The notes beneath the pieces were generated by a model. It made no database searches, had not been told where the DNA came from, and worked only from the letters and a program-made list of their open reading frames with translations. From NCBI GenBank assembly GCA_015520605.1, contig WAPT01000004.1, forward strand, positions 1-46,359: 46,359 nucleotides of DNA, in the 5' to 3' direction. Position 1 is the stretch's first letter, and each line of letters opens with the position of its first letter. This DNA comes from Nanobdellati archaeon. GTDB taxonomy: Archaea > EX4484-52 > WAPT01. Shown piece after piece: positions 1-10,046 of this stretch. Made by a program: the position numbers and the translations under genes.

Positions 1-93
1 AGAGCTATGCGAGAACCTTTATCTCTCCAGGGACTCTATTACGTTTAAATATTCGCGATACAATATCTTATCAGGTTTTTTGTGTCCCCATTC

Positions 94-146
94 GGGCATC
101 ACCTCCTCAAAAATTTTTTGATCATAGCGAAGCGGAGGTGATGCCC
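94..146. repeat. 13-bp perfect inverted repeat (GGGCATCACCTCC / GGAGGTGATGCCC) containing SD+ATG on both strands
   Basis: Arms at 94-106 and 134-146 are exact reverse complements; the spacer contains an inner dyad TCAAAAA-T-TTTTTGA. Confidence 0.8.
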
Positions 147-371
147 TCTAATTTTGATTTGTATTCTGCAGTTTATATGTTTGAGAGTGTTATTGTTCTC
201 TTATCCGAACGGTCTCCATATAAAAAACGAAAAAAATATATATCATTGTCATTAATAGTAATAAATAATAATGTACTGGAAATAATGGATTGAATCCGAA
301 TCTAAACTCTCTTTCAAAACTGTCGATAAGCCAAATTAAATATCTGACAACAGTTTTGTGGGGTGATCTAA

Positions 372-797
372 ATGAAGATGATATATCGCGTTTTGATCGG
401 GATGTGTGCCGGTATAGACAATATCTTTCCGAGCGGTGCGCAGGATATAGTTAACATTATAGGAGCTAGTATAGGTACTGAACTTGCTAAGGAACTGAAA
501 GCTCGCGGGATAAATGAGAATAGCACCATACAGGAGATATTTGATAAGCTGGGAGAGGAGCTTAAAATTGCGGATGATTTGAGGATAATTGAAACTGAGG
601 ATGGTGTAGAAGTTGAGATAAAGGGCTGCAATGTGTGCCCAAAGAAGGTGGGCGGATATCCCATCAGAAAAACAGCCTGCCCGGTAGGTGGTATAATAGC
701 TGGTATGTTAAGAGAAATAAGGGGTACGCTACTTTCAATGACACCCGACCTCACCCCGGGAGAAAAGTGTAAGATAACCATAAAAAAGGAAGAGTAA
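372..797 (+). CDS. V4R/MetOD1-like small-ligand or metal-binding domain protein
   Basis: 141-aa ORF with SD GGGTGA; G-x3-G-x2-LA helix, C-x2-C-P and a later CP motif, as in V4R-like folds. Confidence 0.55.
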   Translation: MKMIYRVLIGMCAGIDNIFPSGAQDIVNIIGASIGTELAKELKARGINENSTIQEIFDKLGEELKIADDLRIIETEDGVEVEIKGCNVCPKKVGGYPIRKTACPVGGIIAGMLREIRGTLLSMTPDLTPGEKCKITIKKEE

Positions 798-805
798 AAG
801 GTAGG

Positions 806-1120
806 GTGAATGTTTTGGTAGATGTGCGTTACTTGCAGGCAGCACGTGAAATAGTACATGGCATGAGGGAAATTATAGGCAAAACTGCGATCACTCTGGC
901 CAGAGAGGTCAAAGGTATAGAGATAGATGATGAAGGAAACGTGGTGAGCGTCTCCGATGAAAGGATCATAGAAAAACTGATGAAAAAATATAAAACCATA
1001 AATGTGCTTGCACCAATGCTAATGGCACGGTGTCTCGAGAGACTGCTGGAGAAGGGACTTGGGCTCCCTCCCAATATTCCCGAGGAAATAAAGAAATGGA
1101 TAAGAATAGATCAAAAATAA
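806..1120 (+). CDS. Hypothetical protein, probably co-transcribed with the V4R-like gene
   Basis: 104-aa ORF, GTG start 8 nt after the upstream stop, protein-like composition (IIGKTAITLAREVKGIEIDDEGNV). Confidence 0.6.
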   Translation: MNVLVDVRYLQAAREIVHGMREIIGKTAITLAREVKGIEIDDEGNVVSVSDERIIEKLMKKYKTINVLAPMLMARCLERLLEKGLGLPPNIPEEIKKWIRIDQK

Positions 1121-1328
1121 AATTGAGATTGAACCTAAGGGCATTTTCAACAAGCCGTTCAATAATATTTTGGCAACTATAACTTTTTTGTTATCGTCTG
1201 TCCCACAAAAGGATATCACATCTCGTATACCGTCTCTCACATCATGAGATTTTTCCGAACAACCCCGCCATAAAGTTTATAAATTTGAGGTATGATATGA
1301 TGAGGGTGTAAGGTTCTCGGTCATGCAC

Positions 1329-1342
1329 AAAGTATTAAAAAT
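1329..1342 (+). promoter_or_regulatory. BRE/TATA-like promoter of tRNA-Lys (and possibly the rpo operon)
   Basis: AAAGTATTAAAAAT about 55-70 nt upstream of the mature tRNA 5' end. Confidence 0.45.
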
Positions 1343-1397
1343 CTAACTTACATATCATGTTCACCACCAACTATACACGCCTTACCTCATATCGGGT

Positions 1398-1535
1398 GGG
1401 CCCGTAGCTCAGTCTGGTAGAGCGCCGGGCTCTTAACGAGGAGGGCGAAGCTTTTAACCAGACTGCCCTCCCTGCCATCTGGCAGGAGCGGAAGACACCC
1501 GGGAGTCGCGGGTTCAAATCCCGTCGGGCCCACCA
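1398..1535 (+). tRNA. Intron-containing tRNA-Lys: UUU if introns 1429-1449 and 1457-1496 are removed, CUU if the single intron 1436-1496 is removed
   Basis: Acceptor GGGCCCG/CGGGCCC+ACCA, D arm GCTC/GAGC, anticodon stem CCGGG/CCCGG, T arm GCGGG-TTCAAAT-CCCGT; loops CTCTTAA (1430-1436) and CTTTTAA (1451-1457); BHB motifs. Confidence 0.95.
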
Positions 1536-1580
1536 TTTAATACCTGCCCTCCCGTCCTGTCCAACCCAGATAACTGCCCA

Positions 1581-1832
1581 ATGGTGGTTGACATTAAGAA
1601 GGAGATCATCCTAAATCATGAACTCGTTCCGAAGCATGAGATTCTCAGTGAGGAAGAAACCCAAGAGCTTTTGGAGAAACTCGGGATAAGCAAAAAACAA
1701 CTACCCAGAATTTATGCTTCAGACCCCGTTGCCAAGATTCTCGGAGCAAAGCCGGGTGATGTAATAAAGATAACGAGGAAGAGTCCAACGGCCGGAGAAT
1801 CCATATATTATAGGGTGGTGGTTAAGGGATGA
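1581..1832 (+). CDS. rpoH: RNA polymerase subunit H (Rpo5)
   Basis: [36 protein letters not shown] motifs; precedes rpoB. Confidence 0.98.
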   Translation: MVVDIKKEIILNHELVPKHEILSEEETQELLEKLGISKKQLPRIYASDPVAKILGAKPGDVIKITRKSPTAGESIYYRVVVKG

Positions 1833-4800
1833 ACCTGGGTAAGAGTTTTTTGGACGAACTTGCAAATGATGGGGCGCTGGCAAGACACCAGATAGAATCT
1901 TATAATGATTTTGTCACCAGAAGACTGCAGGGAATAATCGACGAGATAGGGAAGATTCCGATAGAACTCCCAACGGGAGAGGAGCTCTACATCAAACTGG
2001 GTAAAGTGATGGTCGGAGAACCGCAGGTCAGAGAACCTGGAGGGAACATCGAGCCCATCCTTCCGCACGAAGCGAGGCTAAGGAACATAACTTACGCGGC
2101 CCCCGTTTTTGTTGAGATGACTCATGTGTTCGAGGATGTAGAGTACAATACCGAAACTGTGGAAATAGGGGAAATCCCCGTGATGGTCAAGTCCGTTCTT
2201 TGCCCGCTTTCAAAGATGAGCAGGGAGGAACTAATAAGGGTCGGAGAGGATCCTGACGATCCCGGCGGGTACTTCATAATCAACGGTACTGAGAGAGTTG
2301 TGGTTATTTCTGAGGAGGTGGCTCCCAACAGGTTGATACTCCAGAAGAAGAAAGGGGAGTATTTTATTAGGATAAACTCAGAAAAGAGGGGGTTTGTCCA
2401 AAAACACATATTTGAGAGGCAGAAGGACGGGATAATAACCACAAGGCTTACCGGGGTGCAGCAGCCCATCCCGCTGATAGCGGTGATAAAGGCTCTGGGC
2501 ATGGACAGTGATAAGGATATAATCGAAACTATAAATGCAGAGGAGGACGAGCTGGAGGATGTGTACCTCAACATTTATGGTGTTGAGGTGTACGGGAAAG
2601 ATGATGCTGTGGATTACCTCGGTAGAAAGATGAAGATAACTCAAAAAGAACAGAGACCCGAGAGGGTCTATCACCTCCTCGACAATTATTTCCTACCGCA
2701 TCTTGGAACAACCCCTGCAAGCAGGCTAATTAAGGCGAGATACCTTGCCATGGTGATGAGGAAACTCATAAAGCTCAGAAGGGGCAAGATAGCGCCTGAT
2801 GATATAGATCACTATGCCAACAAGCGCCTCAGAATGGTCGGCGAGCTCATGGAGATGCTTGTCAGATCTGTTATTCTCGGAAGATGGGGGTTGATAGCGA
2901 GGCTGCAGTACAACTACCAGAAAATGATGAAGCGTGGCAGAAAACTCCTGAAATTGCAGAGCACGGTGGTTTCTGAAGTTTTCACCAAGCAGATAATGAG
3001 AGCTATGGCTACAGGAAACTGGGTTGGTGGAAGAACCGGAGTCTCTCAAAGACTCGAGAGAAGCAACTTCATAAGAAGCGTTGCCCATCTTAGGAGCGTT
3101 GTTTCGCCTTTATCCTCTGCACAGGAACATTTTGAAGCGAGAGAGCTCCATCCCACTCAGTGGGGCAGGATATGTGCCATAAGAACGCCTGAAGGCCAGA
3201 ACATAGGGCTCAGGAAGTTTCTTGCGATAGCCGCCGAGGTAACAACAGAAGCCACAGAGGTGGAAAACACCAAAATAATCTCCACCCTGAATGCTCTCGG
3301 TGTTAATGAAAAGGACAGAGTAGGAACTGAGGTTTACCTTAACGGTAACTTCATTGGATACCACCTGGACGGCAAGAAGCTTGCCGAGATGCTGAGAGAG
3401 AAGAGGAGGAAGGGTGTCATAACAAGGAGAATGAATGTCGCATATTCTGCTGATAGGAACGAGGTTGTCATAAACACCGATGCCGGCAGGGCGAGAAGAC
3501 CTCTCATTGTTGTTGAGAAAGGAAAATCAAAACTTACCCAGGAGTTGAAAGAGAAGCTCCTTAAGGGAGAGATAACATGGAAGGACCTCGTGGAGAAGGG
3601 AATAGTTGAGTACCTCGATGCTGAGGAAGAAGAAAACGCTTATGTCGCTCTTCGGGAGGAGGATCTGACGGAGGAACACACACATTTGGAGATTGACCCG
3701 CTTTTCATACTCGGAGTTGACGCTTCCCTCCTTGTGCTTGCGGAGAAGGACAGGGGTGACAGGCTGAACTACGGTACGAGAATGATAGTGCAGTCCCTCG
3801 GGCTTTACATGAAAAACTACCTCATAAGAACAGACACATCAGCATATCTCCTCGCTTACCCGCAGCTTCCGATAATAGCCTCTGATGCCTCGAAATTTGC
3901 AGGGTTGGAGGAGCATCCAACTGGCCAGAACCTCGTCATTGCTGTAATGCCCTTTGAAGGTTATAACATGGAAGATGCGCTCATCGTCAACAAAGCTTCG
4001 ATAGAAAGAGGAATGGGCAGGTCATACTTCTACAGGACATATATAACAGAGGCAACTAGGTATTGGGGAGGACAGGAGGATGAGATAAGGATCCCTGACC
4101 CAACCGTCAGGGGCTTCAAGGGTGACTTTGCATACAGACATCTTGATGAGGACGGAATCGTGCCTCCCGAGACAGAGGTTAAGGGCAACGATGTGCTGGT
4201 GGGTAAAATTTCTCCAATAAGATTCCTCGGGGTTCTCAAGGAGGTCAGGATGGGAATAAAAGCGGTGAGGGACAACTCTGAGACCGTAAATCCGAGAGAG
4301 GACGGTATAGTGGACAAAGTTATTGTGACGGAGAACGATGAGGGCGATAAGCTTGTAAAGGTGACGGTTAGGGAGCCCAAAATGCCTGAAATTGGAGACA
4401 AATTCGCAACGAGGCACGGGCAGAAGGGAGTTATAGGTCTCATAGTTCCGGAGCAGGACATGCCATTCACCAGGGATGGTATAACACCCGATATCATAAT
4501 AAACGCTCATGCCATTCCATCCAGAATGACTGTTGGCCAACTTCTGGAAATCATAGGTGGTAAGGCCGCAGCTCTGGCAGGGGAGAGGATGAATGGTACG
4601 GTCTTCAAGTCTAACGAAGAGATGATAATAAAGGCTTTAGAGAAGGCTGGCTTTAGATATGACGGTAAGGAAGTGCTGTATGATGGTGTCACCGGCAAGA
4701 AATACGAGGTACACATTCTCGTAGGGGTGGGTCATTACTTCAGGCTGTACCATATAGCATCACACAAGATACACGCAAGGGCAAGGGGTCCCGTTACCCT

Positions 4801-5122
4801 CCTCACTAAGCAGCCCACGGAAGGAAGAAGCAGAGAGGGCGGTCTGAGGTTTGGAGAGATGGAGAAGGACTGCCTCATAGCGCACGGGGCGGCAATAACC
4901 CTTAAGGAAAGGTTCAGCTCCGACCGCACCAAGATCTATGTGTGTAAGGACTGCGGAAGCATAGCCATGTTTGATTACATAAAAGGGAGACCGATATGTC
5001 AGTTGTGTAGATCCGAAAACGTGGAGGAGGCCGAGGTGAGCTATGCATTCAAGTTACTGCTTGACGAGCTGAGAGCGATGCACATAAACCCGAAGCTTAA
5101 GGTCGGTGAGGAGGAAGAATGA
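1829..5122 (+). CDS. rpoB: RNA polymerase subunit B (Rpo2), unsplit
   Basis: [52 protein letters not shown] and a C-terminal Zn ribbon in one 1097-aa chain. Confidence 0.99.
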   Translation: MNLGKSFLDELANDGALARHQIESYNDFVTRRLQGIIDEIGKIPIELPTGEELYIKLGKVMVGEPQVREPGGNIEPILPHEARLRNITYAAPVFVEMTHVFEDVEYNTETVEIGEIPVMVKSVLCPLSKMSREELIRVGEDPDDPGGYFIINGTERVVVISEEVAPNRLILQKKKGEYFIRINSEKRGFVQKHIFERQKDGIITTRLTGVQQPIPLIAVIKALGMDSDKDIIETINAEEDELEDVYLNIYGVEVYGKDDAVDYLGRKMKITQKEQRPERVYHLLDNYFLPHLGTTPASRLIKARYLAMVMRKLIKLRRGKIAPDDIDHYANKRLRMVGELMEMLVRSVILGRWGLIARLQYNYQKMMKRGRKLLKLQSTVVSEVFTKQIMRAMATGNWVGGRTGVSQRLERSNFIRSVAHLRSVVSPLSSAQEHFEARELHPTQWGRICAIRTPEGQNIGLRKFLAIAAEVTTEATEVENTKIISTLNALGVNEKDRVGTEVYLNGNFIGYHLDGKKLAEMLREKRRKGVITRRMNVAYSADRNEVVINTDAGRARRPLIVVEKGKSKLTQELKEKLLKGEITWKDLVEKGIVEYLDAEEEENAYVALREEDLTEEHTHLEIDPLFILGVDASLLVLAEKDRGDRLNYGTRMIVQSLGLYMKNYLIRTDTSAYLLAYPQLPIIASDASKFAGLEEHPTGQNLVIAVMPFEGYNMEDALIVNKASIERGMGRSYFYRTYITEATRYWGGQEDEIRIPDPTVRGFKGDFAYRHLDEDGIVPPETEVKGNDVLVGKISPIRFLGVLKEVRMGIKAVRDNSETVNPREDGIVDKVIVTENDEGDKLVKVTVREPKMPEIGDKFATRHGQKGVIGLIVPEQDMPFTRDGITPDIIINAHAIPSRMTVGQLLEIIGGKAAALAGERMNGTVFKSNEEMIIKALEKAGFRYDGKEVLYDGVTGKKYEVHILVGVGHYFRLYHIASHKIHARARGPVTLLTKQPTEGRSREGGLRFGEMEKDCLIAHGAAITLKERFSSDRTKIYVCKDCGSIAMFDYIKGRPICQLCRSENVEEAEVSYAFKLLLDELRAMHINPKLKVGEEEE

Positions 5123-5147
5123 AATATGAAGGAGGGTGTGGTGCCAC

Positions 5148-7646
5148 ATGAGTAAGGTCATAAAGGCCATAAAGTTCGAGATTATGTCTCCTCAGGATGT
5201 AAAGAAACTCGCTGTAATGAAAGTGACAACTTCCGAGGTCTATGACGCTGACGCCTATCCTGTGAAGGATGGTGTGACGGATCCTAGGCTCGGGGTGGTG
5301 GACCCCGGCATAAGGTGCAGAACCTGCGGTGGAAGGTTCGGGGAATGTCCGGGACACTTCGGGTATATAGAGCTTGCAAAGCCCGTACTTAATGTTCTTT
5401 ATCTCAAACAGATAAAAATACTTCTCAGCCTGACATGCCCGGAGTGCGGAAAGCTACTTGTTGACAAGTCGAAAGTGAAGACAGATGCGGAGAGGCTCAA
5501 GGCGGAGGTGCCAAAACAGTGTCCGCACTGCGGTGCGAAGATAGAGAAGGTGAAATTTGAAAAGCCATACCACTTCTACAGGGGAGAAAAACAGCTTAAT
5601 CCCGAGGAAATAAGAGCGCATCTTGAAAAAATAAGTGATGAGGATGCTCATGCTCTTGGACTGAAGGGGGGTAGACCTGAGTGGCTAGTGCTCACGCTGT
5701 TGCTTGTGCCTCCGATAACTGCAAGACCTTCCATAACTCTCGAAACCGGCGAGAGAAGCGAGGATGACCTCACACATAAGCTCGTTGATATAGTCAGGAT
5801 AAACCAGAGGCTTGCCGAAAATCTGGAAATCGGAGCTCCACAGTTTATAATAGAGGATCTCTGGGAACTTCTTCAGTACCATGTTGCCACATATTTTAAT
5901 AACGAGCTTAGCGGTGTGCCTCCGGCAAGGCACAGGAGTGGTAGGCCGCTCAAGACTCTTTCCCAGAGACTCAAGACTAAGGAGGGAAGATTTAGACACA
6001 ACCTGACGGGCAAGAGGGTTAATTTTTCCGCTAGGGGTGTTATCTCTCCTGATCCACTGATCAGTATCAATGATATCGGTGTCCCTCTGGAGGTTGCAAT
6101 GACTCTGACCATTCCTATAAAGGTCACGTCTCACAATATCGGATTCCTCAAGCAGCTTGTGAGGGATGGAAGTGATAAATACCCCGGAGCGAATTATATA
6201 ATAAGACCGGATGGAACAAGAAAGAGAATACTCCCGGACAATAAGGAAGATCTGGCTGAAGAGCTTGCTGAGGGATACGTAGTTGAAAGGCATCTGCTTG
6301 ATGGAGATATCGTTCTCTTCAACAGGCAGCCCTCACTTCACAGAATGTCCATCATGGCTCACAGAGTAAGGGTCATGCCCGGAAAGACATTCAGGCTTCA
6401 TCTGGCGGCATGCCCGCCTTATAACGCGGACTTTGATGGAGATGAGATGAACCTCCATGTTCCACAGACAGCCGAAGCAAGAGCTGAAGCAGAAGAGTTA
6501 ATGCTGGTGGAGAAAAACATAAGGTCTCCAAGGTTTGGCGGCCCTATAATCGGTGCTACGCAGGACTTTATAAGCGGAGCTTATATTCTCACAAAGAAAG
6601 GCAGCAAGTTCAGCAGGGAGGAAGCGGCACAGATCTTGGCTGCTGCAGGTGTTTATGTTGACCTCGATAAGGATGAGTACGAGGGTAAGGAACTGTTCTC
6701 CATGCTTCTACCGGACGACCTCAACATGGAGTTTAAGGCTGCTTGCTGCCAGAAGTGCAGCGAGTGTAAGAAGGAGAACTGCGAGTATGATGCTTATGTT
6801 GTCGTGAGAAACGGCAGGCTTGTGTGCGGAGCAATAGACAGCAAGGCGATATCTCCCTTCAAGGGACTGCTCCTTGACAAGATAGATATGGAGTACGGAC
6901 ATGAAGCTGCAAGGGAATTTCTCGACAGAGTGACAAAGATGTGTATCCGCGCTCTCATGATAAGAGGCTTCACAATTTCCATATCCGACATTGATCTACC
7001 CGCAACCATCAAAAAAGAAATCAAAAAAATCATAAATAAGACCTACAAGAAGATAGACGAGATAATAGAACGCTACCACAAAGGAGAGATAGAACCATAC
7101 CCGGGTAGAACCGTTGAGGAGACAAGAGAGGATCTTATTATGGCAGAGCTCTTCAATGCTGTGAACGAGGTTCAGGAAATAATAAAGGCAAACTTCAAGG
7201 AGACTGATGCGATGGTCATGGCAAAGACCGGCGCAAGAGGTAGTCTGCAGAACCTGACCTACATGGCGGGACTTGTGGGTCAGGAAATGATAAGGGGTGG
7301 TAGAGCATTCAGGGGCTTCAAGGGAAGGACTCTTGCGCACTTCAAGAGAGAAGATCTCGGCCCGAAGGCCCACGGGTTTGTTGAGTCGTCTTTTATAAAG
7401 GGTCTCGATCCAATCGAGTTTTTCTTTGAGGTTATGAAGGGTAGAGAGGGTATTATGGACTCATCACTTAAGACCAGAGTATCCGGTTACTTGGAGAGGA
7501 GGCTTGTGAACGCCTTACATGATCTGAGAGTCGATCACGACTGGACAGTCAGGGACGCTGCGGGCAGTATCGTGCAGTTCATACCTGGAGAAGATGGAAT
7601 AGATCCCGCGAAGAGCAGCTGGGGTAAGCTTACGGGTGGTGCATGA
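5148..7646 (+). CDS. rpoA1: RNA polymerase subunit A' (Rpo1N)
   Basis: Catalytic YNADFDGDEMN, CPGHFG, LFNRQPSLH; ATG 5148 chosen after a GGTGTGGTG SD-like element. Confidence 0.99.
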   Translation: MSKVIKAIKFEIMSPQDVKKLAVMKVTTSEVYDADAYPVKDGVTDPRLGVVDPGIRCRTCGGRFGECPGHFGYIELAKPVLNVLYLKQIKILLSLTCPECGKLLVDKSKVKTDAERLKAEVPKQCPHCGAKIEKVKFEKPYHFYRGEKQLNPEEIRAHLEKISDEDAHALGLKGGRPEWLVLTLLLVPPITARPSITLETGERSEDDLTHKLVDIVRINQRLAENLEIGAPQFIIEDLWELLQYHVATYFNNELSGVPPARHRSGRPLKTLSQRLKTKEGRFRHNLTGKRVNFSARGVISPDPLISINDIGVPLEVAMTLTIPIKVTSHNIGFLKQLVRDGSDKYPGANYIIRPDGTRKRILPDNKEDLAEELAEGYVVERHLLDGDIVLFNRQPSLHRMSIMAHRVRVMPGKTFRLHLAACPPYNADFDGDEMNLHVPQTAEARAEAEELMLVEKNIRSPRFGGPIIGATQDFISGAYILTKKGSKFSREEAAQILAAAGVYVDLDKDEYEGKELFSMLLPDDLNMEFKAACCQKCSECKKENCEYDAYVVVRNGRLVCGAIDSKAISPFKGLLLDKIDMEYGHEAAREFLDRVTKMCIRALMIRGFTISISDIDLPATIKKEIKKIINKTYKKIDEIIERYHKGEIEPYPGRTVEETREDLIMAELFNAVNEVQEIIKANFKETDAMVMAKTGARGSLQNLTYMAGLVGQEMIRGGRAFRGFKGRTLAHFKREDLGPKAHGFVESSFIKGLDPIEFFFEVMKGREGIMDSSLKTRVSGYLERRLVNALHDLRVDHDWTVRDAAGSIVQFIPGEDGIDPAKSSWGKLTGGA

Positions 7647-8815
7647 TGACGTCTGGGAAGAAGAACAAAGGTGCTGAGAAGATGAATAAATCTGGAGTAA
7701 CGGCCGATAACAACAAGGCTGTACTATCCATCAGGCTCCCAAAGCGGTATGAGGAAGAGATAAGTGAGCTTCCTCCAGAAGAACAGGAGAAGCTCAGGAA
7801 ACGTTATTTTGAGATGCTCTATGACATTGGAGAAGCTATAGGAATGGTGGCTGCTCACTCCATATCCGAGCCGGCAACTCAGACAACGCTGAGAGCATAT
7901 CATGCTGAAGGTAGAGTTCAGCTCGTCACAACCAAGGGTTTGCCGAGGCTCATAGAGATTTTTGATGCAAGGAAAGTACCTTCCACACCTTCAATGACCA
8001 TCTATCTCGATGAGGAACACAACAATAAGGAAGCTGCAAGAAAGATAGCAGCCGAGATCAGGGAGACCAATCTCGAGCAGATAATGAAGGAAGACTCTCT
8101 TAACCTCATGGAGATGAAGGTGGAGATAGTTCTCGATGAGAACAAGCTTGCTGAAATAAATATGACAGCAGAGGATGTAGTAAGGGTACTCAAGAAAAAT
8201 TTGAGAAATGTGGATGTTAAGGTGGAGGATAAAAACAAAATATCACTTGAATCAAAAAAAGGCGAGGTTAACTTAAGAGATCTTCAGGCCATAAGGATTA
8301 AAGCCAGGACAATTCACATCAAAGGCATAAAGGGAATAACACAGGTCATAGTGGAGAAAGACGGAGATGATTGGATAATCAGGACGCTTGGCACAAACTT
8401 GAAGAAGGTTCTAATTATGGATGGTATTGATCCAAGAAGAACAAAATCCAATCACATTTTTGAGGTTATGAAGGTCCTCGGTGTTGAGGCCGCAAGAAAC
8501 CTCATCGTAGAGGAAACTTTAAAAACTTTGAGGGAGCAGGGTGTTGATACGGATGAGAGGCACGTCATGCTAATTGCAGATATTATGACTTTTTCGGGTG
8601 TGGTCAAACCTATAGGCAGATACGGTATCGCTGGAGAGAAAGCATCGGTGCTCGCTAAGGCCAATTTCGAAGAAACGATAAAACACCTGACCAATGCTGC
8701 CGCCAAGGGAGAAGTGGACGATCTGAAGAGCATCTTTGCCAACGTGATAGTGGGCAACCTCCCGCCCATCGGAACGGGCATGTTCAGACTTGGACTCAAG
8801 GAAGATGGAGAGTGA
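7643..8815 (+). CDS. rpoA2: RNA polymerase subunit A'' (Rpo1C)
   Basis: GEAIGMVAAHSISEPATQTTL, GLPRLIEI, LGVEAARN, VIVGNLPPIGTG; start could be ATG 7682. Confidence 0.98.
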   Translation: MMTSGKKNKGAEKMNKSGVTADNNKAVLSIRLPKRYEEEISELPPEEQEKLRKRYFEMLYDIGEAIGMVAAHSISEPATQTTLRAYHAEGRVQLVTTKGLPRLIEIFDARKVPSTPSMTIYLDEEHNNKEAARKIAAEIRETNLEQIMKEDSLNLMEMKVEIVLDENKLAEINMTAEDVVRVLKKNLRNVDVKVEDKNKISLESKKGEVNLRDLQAIRIKARTIHIKGIKGITQVIVEKDGDDWIIRTLGTNLKKVLIMDGIDPRRTKSNHIFEVMKVLGVEAARNLIVEETLKTLREQGVDTDERHVMLIADIMTFSGVVKPIGRYGIAGEKASVLAKANFEETIKHLTNAAAKGEVDDLKSIFANVIVGNLPPIGTGMFRLGLKEDGE

Positions 8816-8821
8816 TGAAGT

Positions 8822-9106
8822 ATGCCGAGCGATATCGAACAATTAATAGTGGACGCTGTCAAATCGGGTAAAGCGATGATTGGCGCAGAACAAACCATCA
8901 AAGAGCTCAAGAAGGGGAACATAGCGAAAATTGTTGTAGCGCGTAACTATCCGGAGGGGGAGAAATCGAGAATTAAGTACTACGCTGAGCTTGCCGGAGC
9001 GGAGTTCGTAGAGTTCCAAGAAGATAATAGGGAGCTCGGCGTTCTCTGTCAGAAGCCCTTTGGAGTCTCTGTGTTGGGCATAGCGAAGAACATAAAAAAG
9101 AAGTAA
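8822..9106 (+). CDS. rpl30e: 50S ribosomal protein L30e
   Basis: L7Ae/L30e fold motif ELGVLCQKPFGVS; conserved position after rpoA2. Confidence 0.95.
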   Translation: MPSDIEQLIVDAVKSGKAMIGAEQTIKELKKGNIAKIVVARNYPEGEKSRIKYYAELAGAEFVEFQEDNRELGVLCQKPFGVSVLGIAKNIKKK

Positions 9107-9115
9107 GGGATCATA

Positions 9116-9541
9116 ATGACCGCAGTAAAAGTGAGATATACGACCGAGGATCTGCTCACCATCTCAGCATTTGAGAAGCTGACCAGAACAGAGGTGGTGG
9201 ACTATCTTGATTTTGGGGATGTCGCTTACTTCGTCATAAAGGGCAGAATATCTAATGTTATCGGTAAGAAAGGTGAAAAAATAAGACGGATAGAAAACCT
9301 ATTGGGTAAGAGGGTGAAAGTCTTCAGACACGCTGATGACCTCGAGACATTTCTAAGGAATTTGATGCTGGTGGATGTCAAGAGCACGAAAATTTTAAAA
9401 AATGATGGCAAGATAATTGTAAAGGTTGAGGTAAACCCGAAGGATAGGCCTATAATTATCGGGAGAGAGGGTAAAAATATAAAGGCCATTAAAGAGTTTT
9501 TAAAGAGACAGTTCGATGTTGATGACGTAAAGCTTAAATGA
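9116..9541 (+). CDS. nusA: Archaeal NusA (two KH domains)
   Basis: VIGKKG and IIGREGKNI KH motifs; conserved operon position. Confidence 0.95.
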   Translation: MTAVKVRYTTEDLLTISAFEKLTRTEVVDYLDFGDVAYFVIKGRISNVIGKKGEKIRRIENLLGKRVKVFRHADDLETFLRNLMLVDVKSTKILKNDGKIIVKVEVNPKDRPIIIGREGKNIKAIKEFLKRQFDVDDVKLK

Positions 9542-9601
9542 AGTTCAAAAACATTCGCGCGTCAATCCGACAAAAAACATGAGTTTATGTGGTGTGGTGG
9601 T

Positions 9602-10030
9602 ATGGCGAACGGCCTTTATTCGGCGAGGAACATTATAAGGAAGGAGAAAGAGAACAAATGGCATGATCCGTATTACAAGAGAAGAGTTCTTAGATTGAAG
9701 GAGAAAGCCGATCCTCTGGAAGGGGCACCCCAAGCAAAGGGCATAGTGCTTGAGAAGCGTATGATAGAGGCTAAGCAGCCCTATTCGGGCATGAGGAAGT
9801 GTGTCAGGGTACAGCTCATAAAAAATGGTAAGCAGATAACCGCATACTGTCCGATGGACGGAGCGATAAATCACATTCAAGAGCACGATGAGGTGATAGT
9901 GGAGGGCATCGGAGGGCCAAAGGGCAGGAAGTTCGGAGATCTCTCTGGAGTTAGGTGGAAGGTCGTTATGGTAAACGGCATCTCGCTCAAGGAGCTGGTG
10001 AGGGGTAGAAAGAAGAGGACAACCAGGTAA
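9602..10030 (+). CDS. rps12: 30S ribosomal protein S12 (uS12)
   Basis: [32 protein letters not shown]; ATG 9602 after GGTGTGGTGGT. Confidence 0.98.
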   Translation: MANGLYSARNIIRKEKENKWHDPYYKRRVLRLKEKADPLEGAPQAKGIVLEKRMIEAKQPYSGMRKCVRVQLIKNGKQITAYCPMDGAINHIQEHDEVIVEGIGGPKGRKFGDLSGVRWKVVMVNGISLKELVRGRKKRTTR

Positions 10031-10046
10031 CAACGGTGTGAGGGAT

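Noticed and set aside
98-106. ATCACCTCC resembling the 16S rRNA 3' end
   Set aside because: No rRNA sequence upstream; it is the complement of an SD.
1297-1330. ATGATGA box C-like motif after a TATA element, suggesting a C/D sRNA
   Set aside because: No CTGA box D at a suitable distance, and the motif is too close to the TATA to be inside the transcript.
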